Of a DNA stretch of 64,000 nt, positions 12,306 through 30,269 are shown piece by piece. Location: contig OZ024752.1 of assembly GCA_964016885.1 (NCBI GenBank), positions 13,702,001 to 13,766,000 on the forward strand. The letters run 5' to 3'. Under the pieces are notes generated by a model. The model had not been told where the DNA came from, made no database searches, and saw only the letters and a list, made by a program, of their open reading frames with translations. The stretch is from Eledone cirrhosa. Its lineage: Eukaryota. Both the position numbers and the translations under genes were made by a program. The stretch's first letter is position 1. The number at the start of each line of letters is the position of its first letter.

Positions 12306-12428
12306 CGGATACATGATATGAAGGTTAAGAAACACTTGTGAATAGTGAAGTTTTAAATCAACATATCATATGTTGATTTAAAACTTCACTATTCACAAGT
12401 GTTTTTTAACCTTCATATCATGTATCCC

Positions 12429-12499
12429 TATTTTATCTGACGAAAACGCAAATGTCATCTCATGATGATATTTGTTTTTGAAATGCGCATAATAAAATA
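12429..12499 (+). ncRNA. Type I minimal hammerhead ribozyme (intact core)
   Basis: Stem I TATTTTAT/ATAAAATA (8 bp), CTGACGA 12437-43, 16-position stem II with one mismatch, GAAA 12480-83, palindromic TGCGCA, predicted cleavage after AUA at 12491. Confidence 0.82.
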
Positions 12500-12857
12500 C
12501 ATGGAACTCTGAACCATCTTTTGATCTTATATTATTTATACTCCAGTCCTACAAACTGTAGAGTGCTACTTATCCGATATCTGCATTGCTTTATTGTACT
12601 ACAATAAAACACACCTCCTACATATATATATATATTCACATTTTTACACACATATAGTGTGTGTATTTATATACACACACACACAGACACACACATATAT
12701 TGTGTCTGTGTGTGTGTGTGATGAGGTGGGTCAGTGCTGATACATCATAACTGTCAAGAAGTCGATCAGCTATATTACTAACAATATGTCTTTTGTAAAT
12801 GGTTTAAGAGGATGGAGAGTTCCTCTTGACATGTGTATAACTATGTATGTACATATC

Positions 12858-13465
12858 TTGCTATCTCCCCCCCCCCCCCCTCTTGTTATCTCCCCCCTCT
12901 TATCTCCCCTCTTGTTGCCCCCCCCCCCCCTGCTGTCTCCCCCTCTTGTTGTCTCCCCCTCCCTCTTGCTGTCTCCGCCCTCTTGTTGTCTCCCCCCTTT
13001 TGCTGTCTTCCCGCTCTCTTGCTGTCTTCCCCCCTCTTGCTGTCTTCCCCCCTCTTGCTGTCTTCCCCCCTCTTGCTGTCTTCCCGCCCTCTTGCTGTCT
13101 TCCCGCCCTCTTGGTGTCTCCCCCCTCTTGGTGTTTCCCCCCTCTTGCTGTCCCCCCCCCTTCTTGCTGTCTCCCCCCCCCCTCTTGCTGTCTTTCCCTC
13201 TTGCTATCTTCCCCTCTTGCTATCTTCCCCCTCTTGCCCCCTCTTGCTATCTTCTCCCTGTCTTCACCCTCTCTTCTCCCTGTCTTCCCCCTGTCTTCCA
13301 CCTCTTTCTTCTCTTCCTATCTTTCTCTCATTCTATCTTTCTCTCATTCTATCTTTCTCTCTTTCTATCTTTCTCTCTTTCTCTCCCTCTATCTCTTTCT
13401 CTCCCTCTTTATCGTTCTCTCTCTCTCTCTCTTTCTTTCTGTTACCCTTCCTCTCACTCTCTCTC
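12858..13465. repeat. Pyrimidine-rich ~21-bp minisatellite (cccctcttgctgtcttccc) grading into (CT)n
   Basis: Tandem units visible. Confidence 0.9.
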
Positions 13466-13469
13466 ACTA

Positions 13470-13653
13470 ATAATACTGGTTTCTACTATAGGCCAGCAAT
13501 TATCCCAGTGTATTACAGGTACTTTATTTTATCAGCCCCGTAAGGATGAAAGGCAAAGTTAACCTCGGCGGGATTTGAACTCAGACCATAAAGGGCCGTA
13601 TCTCTTTGCAGCAAAGCATGGCGTCGGACTCTCTACCGATACTGCCAATCCAC
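13470..13653 (-). mobile_element. SINE family B
   Basis: Reverse complement of the family B consensus, including A and B boxes. Confidence 0.92.
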
Positions 13654-13843
13654 TACCTCCCAGAGAATGTGTGATGGAAAAGCTTTGACAATAAAATAAA
13701 CAACCATCCGGTTATTAAACTAAACAAATGGAAGTTTATAATAAATTGAATTGGAAACCTAACAGGTGCATGCGTTTTTATTGGCAACATGGCCCCCCCC
13801 CCCAAAGTATAACTGTGTGTATGTGTACATGTATGTGTATTTA

Positions 13844-13882
<39 letters not shown>

Positions 13883-13894
13883 ATAAAAAGAACA

Positions 13895-14442
13895 AACAAA
13901 AAAAATTAACACACTAAAATACTGCCAACAGCAACACGCATTTGACGGCTATCGCCCTGCTTGAATCAAATAAACATAACCTCCAGCAATGCATGAAGAC
14001 CATCATCAATAAGCAAAGAACAGCTGAGGATAAATGAGCCATTGAGAAAATCAAACTCAACCCCAAAGTGTTCTTTTCATTTGCGAAAAAACACAAGTTC
14101 ACTGTTTCCACTGTTGGCCCTCCAATTGATGAAAATGGCACTGTCTAAGATAAGGCTAAAACAATGGGCGATATACTGCAGATAGAATACTGCTTTGTTT
14201 TCAGCAATCCTGATATGGCCGATCTGGGCCGTATCAGCGATGTTAATCCCCAGCACACTATATCGGACATAACGTTTGGCGCCTCTGATGTCTTAGCGGC
14301 AATAAACGAAACTAAATACAATTCAGCAGTAGGCTCCGATAGGTTCGCTGCTTGTGTCCTGAAGGTGTCGACACCAACTTGCATCACCTCTTGCTAATCT
14401 GTGGAGGAACTCACTGGATACTGGCTATATTCTTGAAAACTT
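13895..14442 (+). mobile_element. Internal fragment of the CR1 family at 8623-11915, inverted and decayed
   Basis: Encodes [20 protein letters not shown]...[10 protein letters not shown]...SDITFGA; matches ~10130-10680 with stops and frameshifts. Confidence 0.92.
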
Positions 14443-14714
14443 CGAAATTATAGCTAAAAGCTTTAAAATCTTTTAAAAGACGTCAATTGATAGGGCAGGT
14501 CCCCTTCACGTAGTTTACTTTTCTTTTACTGTTTCCAAGGGTACTTCACCTGAATTTCTCAACTATTATATACAGTGATCGATTATTGTTATAGTCATTT
14601 ACTTGGGACAACTCTACATTTCAATCTTTCCCAATTAATATATTAGGTAAACCAGATTTCCATATTTTTAGCTACAACTTAATATGTACCACACACTCGT
14701 ACATATATATACAC

Positions 14715-15105
14715 ACAGAGACAGACAGAGACAGACAGAGACAGACAGAGACAGACAGACAGAGACAGACAGAGACAGACAGAGACAGACAGAGACAGAC
14801 AGAGACAGACAGAGACAGACAGAGACAGACAGAGACAGACAGAGACAGACAGAGACAGACAGAGACAGACAGACAGAGACAGACAGAGACAGACAGACAG
14901 AGACAGACAGACAGAGACAGACAGACAGAGACAGACAGACAGAGACAGACAGACAGAGACAGACAGACAGACAGAGACAGACAGAGACAGACAGAGACAG
15001 ACAGACAGAGACAGACAGAGACAGAGAGAGACAGACACAGACAGACAGAGAGAGAGAGACAGAGAGAGAGAGACAGACAGAGAGAGACACACAGAGACAG
15101 ACACA
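14715..15105. repeat. (AGAC)n/(AG)n compound microsatellite
   Basis: Direct reading. Confidence 0.97.
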
Positions 15106-15396
15106 GTGTGTTATGTGTAAGTATGTCATTGTCCTGACAGTCAAAGGTTAATTTACCTTTCTACAAGACAACGCTTGTTATATGTTTACATCAAATCTGT
15201 GACATTTCAAAGAACGGAATTAACGTCGTCATCAGAAGCCTCGAGCAAGGGGAGGTAATAGGCTTTGCTAATCTGTTAAACGTTAACTCTAATCACAAGA
15301 TACAGCAATGCCATAGGATTAAGAGGGGGGGGGGGCTACCAGCGACGACCGTGACAACTTGGTGCCCTTAGTTGGACATTTTAATTTTAGGATGGT

Positions 15397-23434
<8,038 letters not shown>

Positions 23435-23634
23435 NNNNNNNNNNNNNNNNNNNNNNNNNNNNNNNNNNNNNNNNNNNNNNNNNNNNNNNNNNNNNNNNNN
23501 NNNNNNNNNNNNNNNNNNNNNNNNNNNNNNNNNNNNNNNNNNNNNNNNNNNNNNNNNNNNNNNNNNNNNNNNNNNNNNNNNNNNNNNNNNNNNNNNNNNN
23601 NNNNNNNNNNNNNNNNNNNNNNNNNNNNNNNNNN
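23435..23634. other. Assembly gap (200 N)
   Basis: Run of N. Confidence 1.
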
Positions 23635-24146
23635 ATATATATGTCTATGTATTTATATGTGTATATGTATGTGTCTCTATATATATGTGTGTGTATGTGT
23701 ATGTATATATATGTGTATATATATATATGTGTGTTTGTTGTGTGTGTGAGTGTTGCTGTGTGCACGCATATGTATGCGTGTGTGTGTATGTCGTACGTAT
23801 AAGTGTCAATAAGTAATTTTTTTTTTTTTTTTTTTTTTTTTTTGCGCGGGGACATAGAAATAATCGGGCTGGATGCCCGATCGCGCAGTTAAACCACTGG
23901 GAGTGAAGAACCCCTAGCCCATGTCAGGGTATTCTTCTAGGAGAAGGCATCTCAGGAAACTGGGTTAACTCCGATATAAAACCTGCGGCTCAGTAGTTAC
24001 CGATGATGTTGATCTTTTCTTCTTTTCGGGTTATAGCTACTGTCGCTCAGAGAGTGGGATTGGTTCAGTGCACAGTCTTTCCTCACTTTAAAAATATTCG
24101 TCACGCACAGGCATTGCACGAGTGCATTAATAATTATTAATAGTGT

Positions 24147-24181
<35 letters not shown>

Positions 24182-24223
24182 TATTATTACTTTTTTTTTT
24201 TTTTTTTTTTTTTTTCCAATTCA

Positions 24224-27200
24224 ATGATGTTCCAGAACAATGTAAACGAGATAATTGCCAATTTGGGTTCTGGAACAAAAAGGATCATTGGCAATAAGGG
24301 CAGGGGCCCCAAGTTATCACAACCTGGGCCCGCCCGTCATCGTGCCATTGTAATAGAGCCAAACAGGGCATTTAGTCTTGGCTGCTGGAACGTACGGACG
24401 CTGCTTGACAGGGATTCTTTGGAGCGTCCTGAACGAAGGACCGCTCTTGTTGCGAAGGAGCTTCGACGTTACGATCTTGACATCGTGGCTTTGTCTGAGA
24501 CGAGGTTAGCTGGAGATGGTCATCTTACGGAATTTTGTGGAGAATATACATTCTTCTGGAAAGGAAGAGATGAAGGAACCAGAAGAGAGGCTGGGGTAGG
24601 ATTTGCTGTTAAGACTGTACTGGTGAATAAATTGGAAGAATTCCCAGTGGGGATTAGTGAGCGTCTTATGTCCATGAGAGTTCCGCTGGACAAGGGAAGA
24701 TATGCTACCCTGGTGAGTGTGTATGCTCCAACTATGAATTCTGTCGATGAAGAAAAACTGTCCTTTTACCATGCCTTGAAAGGTGTTTTAAGAAATATCC
24801 CTCAGGCAGACAAAGTCATCGTGCTTGGTGACTTTAATGCTAGAGTGGGTAGGGATTTTAACACATGGAATGTAATCGGAAGGCATGGGGTGGGAAAGTG
24901 TAACAGCAATGGTATGCTCTTGCTGCAGATGTGTGAGGAGCTGGATCTGTATGTTACCAACACCATGTTCCAACAAAAGAACAAATTCAAGACCACATGG
25001 ATGCATCCTGCATCTAAGGAATGGCATCTTTTGGACTACGTCCTAGTCAGGATGCGTGACAGACAGGATGTGCGGTGTGTTCGTGTTCTTCGTGGAGCTG
25101 AGTGCTGGACGGACCACCGCCTGGTACGCGCAAAAGTGAATCTAATCACCAAACGTAAAATCCGGGCTCCTGGTGTTACCCTGCCCAAAAGATTGAATGC
25201 TGCTCGTCTTAAGGATAAAAATGTGAAGAGGACATTGGAAGAAGAGATGCAGGCTGCAGATCTTGGTGAGGATTGGCCGACCCTTAAAAAGTCGGTTTAT
25301 GATGTAGGCAGACGTGTTCTGGGATTGGTGCAGAGAAAACATCAGGACTGGTTTAATGAGAAAGATGTGCATATAGATGACTTGTTGGCTGATAAGAGGC
25401 GCGCTCTGTCACGCTACTTGACGGCAAGACCACAGGAGAGGAATACGTTGCATGAGGAGCTCAGGGATGTAAAATCACGTGTTAGGCGGAGTCTTTCTCA
25501 GATGAAGGATCAGTGGTGGAGTGAGAAGGCTGGTGAGATACAAACTGCGTCTGATTGCAATAACACAAAGCTGTTGTACAGTCTCTTGCGTGAGGTTTAT
25601 GGACCGTCTTCTTCTCTGGTGACACCGATTCGCAGCAAGGATGGCAAAGAACTTCTTCGTGACTCACAGGGAATTCTACGAAGGTGGCGGGAGCACTTTG
25701 ATGATCTTTTGAATCAGCCGTCTGTCGTCAGTGAAGATTTCCTCAATCTCATTCCGGAAAGTCCTGTGAAAGTAGCTCTCGCAGAGCCTCCGACACTTGT
25801 GGAGGTTGCAGTGGCTATTTCGAAGCTGAACAGTGGAAGATCTCCAGGTATGGATGGCATACATGCTGAGCTCCTACAATATGGTGGTGAGAGACTCCTG
25901 CAACATCTTCACTCTCTGTTTGGAAGGATATGGGCTAATGAATCCGTGCCTGAGGACTGGAGAGATGCAGTAATGGTGGTCTTGTACAAGGGAAAGGGTA
26001 ACAGGAATGATTGTGGGAACTACAGAGGTATATCATTGCTTTCTGTCGTGGGGAAAGTTTTATGTAGGGTGCTTCTGGACCGTCTGCTGACACACATTGC
26101 AGATTGTGTCCTTCCTGAAAGTCAATCTGGTTTTCGTGTTGGACGCGGCACTACTGATATGATCTTCTCAGCTAGACAGCTCCAGGAGAAGTGCATTGAA
26201 CAGGGCTTGGATCTGTATCAGGTTTTTGTCGATCTGACAAAGGCTTTCGATACTGTCAACAGAGATGCATTATGGAAGGTTCTCCAGAAACTTGGTTGCC
26301 CTGATAAGTTCCTTGCTTTAGTTAGGTCTTTCCATGACGACATGAAGGCTTGGGTTAATGTCGGAGGTAACATGTCGGAGCCTATCTCAGTGAAAAATGG
26401 AGTGAAACAGGGGGATATTCCAGCACCGACCCTGTTTGCCATATACTTTGCAATGGTTTTCTGTATTGCATTCAGGAATTGCGAGCATGGTGTTTACATC
26501 CGATATCGAACCTCAGGCAGCATATTTAACATCAGGCGCTTTGCTGCGAAGACAAAAGTATTTACATCAGTCATAAGAGACCTCTTGTATGCAGATGATT
26601 GCGATCTTGTAGCGCACACAGAGAGTGATATGCAGCACATTTTGAATGTATTTTCTGACGCTTGCACTGCCCTGGGTTTGACTGTCAGTCTCAAGAAAAC
26701 CGTCGTCATGTACCAACCTGCACCTGGTAGGCAGTACACTGAACCAAACATCTATGTGTATGGCAAACGACTTGGAGTGGTTGATCAGTTTGTCTACCTG
26801 GGAAGCACTGTCAATCGATACGGCAACCTTGACAGTGAAATCTCACTTAGGATTAGGAAAGCAAGTGATGCTTTCGGAAAGCTAGAAAGGCGACTCTGGG
26901 GTCGGCGAGACATATGCAGGAGGACAAAGGTAAGGGTGTACAGGGCATGTGTACTCTCTTGTCTTCTTTATGCCTGCGAGACCTGGGTCACATATCGACG
27001 CCACCTTAAGCAATTGGAGCGTTTCCATCAGATGTGTCTCAGACGGATACATGGCGTTCGCTGGAGGGACCACATCAGTGATGTCGAGATTTTGGAAAGC
27101 TCTATGTGTGACAGTATAGAAGCTCTTGTGCTTAAGCAGCGACTCCGTTGGAGTGGTCACCTTGCCAGGATGAAGGATTCTAGAATACCAAAACAACTCT

Positions 27201-27769
27201 TCTATGGAGAGTTGGTTAAAGGAAAACGACCGCCACATAAACCAAAAAAGAGGTATAAGGATTCCTTGAAGGCCTCTCTGAAAGACGCTAACATCTCTGC
27301 TGATACATGGGAAAATATTGCTGCTGATCGTAATAAATGGAGAAAGACTGTATATGAGGGAAAAGTTGCCTTTGAGGCATCTCGAATCGCACACGAGAAA
27401 GTAAAGCGGGACGTGAGGAAGGGTATTGCTGTTGCACTTCCAGACGGCGAGGGTCCTCCTATGTTTCTGACATGCAGCGTCTGTGCGAGACTCTGCCTAA
27501 GCAAAGCTGGACTCGAAAGTCATCTTCGCAGTCATAAAGTAAGACCAGTGGTTGACTACCAGGCTGCTGTTGGAGATGCTACTCATCATGCTTGCCAAAC
27601 ATGTGGTAGAGAATGTAAATCAGCAGGAGGACTCAAGCGACATGCAAAAGTACACGAACTCCAACCACAGCCGACTATTCCCAGTAAATGTTTTGGTTGC
27701 CGACTCTGTGCAAGACATTTTGGATCATTGGCTGGGCTAAAAAGCCACATTCGATCGCAGCACTGTTAG
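24224..27769 (+). CDS. RTE LINE polyprotein: APE + RT + three C2H2 zinc fingers
   Basis: WNVRTL, LSETRL, VSVYAPT, GDFNARVG, WTDH; NYRGISLL, FVDLTKAFD, GVKQG, YADD, YLGS; RLRWSGHLARM; three CxxC-x12-H-x3/4-H fingers; 1181 aa without stops. Confidence 0.96.
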   Translation: MMFQNNVNEIIANLGSGTKRIIGNKGRGPKLSQPGPARHRAIVIEPNRAFSLGCWNVRTLLDRDSLERPERRTALVAKELRRYDLDIVALSETRLAGDGHLTEFCGEYTFFWKGRDEGTRREAGVGFAVKTVLVNKLEEFPVGISERLMSMRVPLDKGRYATLVSVYAPTMNSVDEEKLSFYHALKGVLRNIPQADKVIVLGDFNARVGRDFNTWNVIGRHGVGKCNSNGMLLLQMCEELDLYVTNTMFQQKNKFKTTWMHPASKEWHLLDYVLVRMRDRQDVRCVRVLRGAECWTDHRLVRAKVNLITKRKIRAPGVTLPKRLNAARLKDKNVKRTLEEEMQAADLGEDWPTLKKSVYDVGRRVLGLVQRKHQDWFNEKDVHIDDLLADKRRALSRYLTARPQERNTLHEELRDVKSRVRRSLSQMKDQWWSEKAGEIQTASDCNNTKLLYSLLREVYGPSSSLVTPIRSKDGKELLRDSQGILRRWREHFDDLLNQPSVVSEDFLNLIPESPVKVALAEPPTLVEVAVAISKLNSGRSPGMDGIHAELLQYGGERLLQHLHSLFGRIWANESVPEDWRDAVMVVLYKGKGNRNDCGNYRGISLLSVVGKVLCRVLLDRLLTHIADCVLPESQSGFRVGRGTTDMIFSARQLQEKCIEQGLDLYQVFVDLTKAFDTVNRDALWKVLQKLGCPDKFLALVRSFHDDMKAWVNVGGNMSEPISVKNGVKQGDIPAPTLFAIYFAMVFCIAFRNCEHGVYIRYRTSGSIFNIRRFAAKTKVFTSVIRDLLYADDCDLVAHTESDMQHILNVFSDACTALGLTVSLKKTVVMYQPAPGRQYTEPNIYVYGKRLGVVDQFVYLGSTVNRYGNLDSEISLRIRKASDAFGKLERRLWGRRDICRRTKVRVYRACVLSCLLYACETWVTYRRHLKQLERFHQMCLRRIHGVRWRDHISDVEILESSMCDSIEALVLKQRLRWSGHLARMKDSRIPKQLFYGELVKGKRPPHKPKKRYKDSLKASLKDANISADTWENIAADRNKWRKTVYEGKVAFEASRIAHEKVKRDVRKGIAVALPDGEGPPMFLTCSVCARLCLSKAGLESHLRSHKVRPVVDYQAAVGDATHHACQTCGRECKSAGGLKRHAKVHELQPQPTIPSKCFGCRLCARHFGSLAGLKSHIRSQHC

Positions 27770-27890
27770 TTGCTATCGTGTGTTTGTGTGTGTGTGTGTG
27801 TGTGTAGATATGCTTATGTGCGTGCGTGTGTGTGTATATATATATGAATATGTATATTATTATTGTTGTTGTCGTTATTATTATTATTGC

Positions 27891-27921
<31 letters not shown>

Positions 27922-28134
27922 GAATGCCATGGTTGACGGAGGCTCGGCTCTGTAAGGTATAGTAATTTTTAACCGTTAAAACAATTGTAAATTGTTTAAA
28001 ACTTGAACCAAATTGTTGATAAAGACACCCTCCTCCTCGTGAGAGGGGTCTTTCTGTCCGTTATTTGGCCCTTCGGGGTTAAATAACCAGTTATTGGGGT
28101 TTTGTACCCAAAATTTCATTTTAAACAAAACAAC

Positions 28135-30234
28135 ATGGCTACCAAAAAAAAAAAATTTCATACGTCACTCCCACTCATTCCGTCTTCTTCTTCCTCAATC
28201 ATCACTACAGGAGAGAGAAGATTGTCTCTCTCCCTCCCTTCTTTAAATGTGTCTCTCTCCCTACCTTCTCTTTCGCAAGCGACGAAAGAAAAGAAAAGTC
28301 TCGTGCAAAGCGTGCAAGGTTTCTCCACGACGACGACGACAGCGACGAAACAGGTGTGCGGGAAATACGAAAACCCAGTTCATTCGTCTGACGTCAGGAA
28401 TAATAGCAGTAGCAGCCGTAATAACAACAGCAACAGTGACAATGAAAACAACAGTAGCAGCCGCAACAGCATCACCAGCAGCATAAACAACAACAGCATT
28501 AGCAGCAGCAACACCAACAACAACCACAGCAACAGCGGCGGAGGCAGTAGTCGTAGTACCTGCAGCAACAACAAAAGTACCAGCAGCTCTGACGACAACA
28601 ACAACAGCAGAGAAAAACCAATCTCATTTGCAGGTATTGCGAAAAACCTGGAAACAATCCTCATAACAAATGAGGAATTAGAGGAAGCGAAGAAGATGGT
28701 GACAAAGAACGGACACCGAGCAATCTGCAAGGCAGCGAAAAATTTTTTCGAAACCCAAGAGCACTGTACGGTCACGTACCGTACAGTAAGTACAAAATCC
28801 CGTAGGGTGGAAAGAGCCACAGAGGCCCAAATACAAAAAGCCTTGGGGTCTGTGTGGCAGAGGAAAACGCACATCACCCGAGGCAAAAAATACGCCACCG
28901 TAGACGTACTTTTTGCCACACCCCAGGAGGCAAAGGCCCAATCAGTAGTGACCCTAAGGAGCGAGGAAATGGTGTTGGTGCCCTCCTACTGCGGGCAAAA
29001 AATTGTGAGGGTCAAACTGACCCACGTCCCCCCCGGAATGACCCCTTCTTGGCTGGCCGCGTCTGTCCTCGTCGGAATCGAGGACAAAACAACTGTACTG
29101 CAAGTACAGAAAAAAGTAAGAGAAGATTGGGTCGGCTCCTCCATTGAGATGCTAATCCAAACCAACCAGGAGTGCATCGAAGCTATCCCGGATGTGATAG
29201 ACTTCGATAACGGCACTCAACTGCCCATAAGTGTTGAGGGCAAACGCCCGAAATGCTTTCGCTGTGGATCGAAGACTCACCTCAGGGCCTTCTGCAACGA
29301 GAAGACCCTGAGAAAGGAGAAAACCCCCCTCCTCCCGAATCCGGTTCCACGGCTACCAGCAACAGGACAAGCGGCAACCAGGAACGATAGGTCCGTGGCA
29401 CCCATACCCACTCCACGGAAATCAAAGACAGCAGCAGCAGTGGAAATATTAACAACAACAACAGCAATACCAAATGCAGCTGCAACAGAGACTCCAGTGC
29501 AAACATCACCAACAACAACAAGTGAAAGAGTGGAGCTGGTACCCCTCCCCGACCTTACAGAATCAGACATGGAGTGTGAGGTGGGAGAGGGATGGCAAAA
29601 GGTCGCAAGAAGGCACAAACGCAGAAGCAGCGCATCGTCGCCTTTGAAAAGGGAGGAAAGAAATGAGAAAAGGGTAAAGTCTACTGCAAAGAGACCCACA
29701 GCAGCAACACCACCAACACCATCACCACCCACACCAGCACCACCATCACCACCGGCGACAACCCCACCGCCAACAACACCTTCAACACCACCACCACAAG
29801 CACCAACATCGCAAACACAACAACAAAACACACACACCCAGCAACAACGACAAGAAAATAGCAGAACCACACCCCACCCCCAGAAAAACAAATGCACGGC
29901 AATAAACACACACAACAAGAAACTAATGACTTACATAATTGAACACACAGACATTTCACAACAGGACTACATAATACCAGCACCAATCAAAACGCCAACT
30001 AACATAAGACTGCTAAAAATAGCACAGAAACAATACACAAACATTAAAACGAAATTCCCCAACGCAGTTGGTGATTTCAGGGACCTAGGAGGAACCATCA
30101 ATCGAAGAGTATATTCAGACATTCTCTTAGAAGAGCCGACGACCAGCCGAAGGGACGATTCAACGGTCCCTTCACCAGACGATCAAGTGAAAAGGGATGT
30201 AAAAACCATCCCTCCTCTACCAAAAGTACGGTAA
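28135..30234 (+). CDS. Tx1-like ORF1 (gag-like, CCHC zinc knuckle)
   Basis: First ATG at 28135; CFRCGSKTHLRAFC knuckle; N/S-rich and P/T-rich low-complexity tracts. Confidence 0.88.
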   Translation: MATKKKKFHTSLPLIPSSSSSIITTGERRLSLSLPSLNVSLSLPSLSQATKEKKSLVQSVQGFSTTTTTATKQVCGKYENPVHSSDVRNNSSSSRNNNSNSDNENNSSSRNSITSSINNNSISSSNTNNNHSNSGGGSSRSTCSNNKSTSSSDDNNNSREKPISFAGIAKNLETILITNEELEEAKKMVTKNGHRAICKAAKNFFETQEHCTVTYRTVSTKSRRVERATEAQIQKALGSVWQRKTHITRGKKYATVDVLFATPQEAKAQSVVTLRSEEMVLVPSYCGQKIVRVKLTHVPPGMTPSWLAASVLVGIEDKTTVLQVQKKVREDWVGSSIEMLIQTNQECIEAIPDVIDFDNGTQLPISVEGKRPKCFRCGSKTHLRAFCNEKTLRKEKTPLLPNPVPRLPATGQAATRNDRSVAPIPTPRKSKTAAAVEILTTTTAIPNAAATETPVQTSPTTTSERVELVPLPDLTESDMECEVGEGWQKVARRHKRRSSASSPLKREERNEKRVKSTAKRPTAATPPTPSPPTPAPPSPPATTPPPTTPSTPPPQAPTSQTQQQNTHTQQQRQENSRTTPHPQKNKCTAINTHNKKLMTYIIEHTDISQQDYIIPAPIKTPTNIRLLKIAQKQYTNIKTKFPNAVGDFRDLGGTINRRVYSDILLEEPTTSRRDDSTVPSPDDQVKRDVKTIPPLPKVR

Positions 30235-30269
30235 GTGGTCTTTCCCATCTTTTCCACTCTATTTTAAAC

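Larger units (their letters stand above)
12202..12535. mobile_element. Near-perfect ~330-bp palindrome; probable inverted Penelope-like terminal repeat
   Basis: Arms of ~165 bp about centre C12367, with few mismatches and one 3-nt indel; each arm holds a hammerhead followed by AATAAA. Confidence 0.85.

Noticed and set aside
12786-13562. Pro/Leu-rich ORFs
   Set aside because: Translations of a pyrimidine minisatellite running into a SINE.
15195-15240. Minus-strand CTGATGA...GAAA hammerhead candidate
   Set aside because: Weak stem II and no stem I complementarity.
23960-24010. Twister-like start (TAACTCCG...CCTGCGGC...GTTACCG) in the RTE leader
   Set aside because: The conserved downstream half and pseudoknot partners are absent.
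28021-28100. HDV-like ribozyme suggested by CCTCCTCGTG in the Tx1 5' UTR
   Set aside because: Could not place P1, P1.1, P2 or the catalytic J4/2 strand; simple hairpins explain the sequence.
28380-29986. Antisense ORFs within Tx1 ORF1 (179 and 213 aa)
   Set aside because: Mirror of low-complexity AAC/ACC-rich codons; no independent protein signal.
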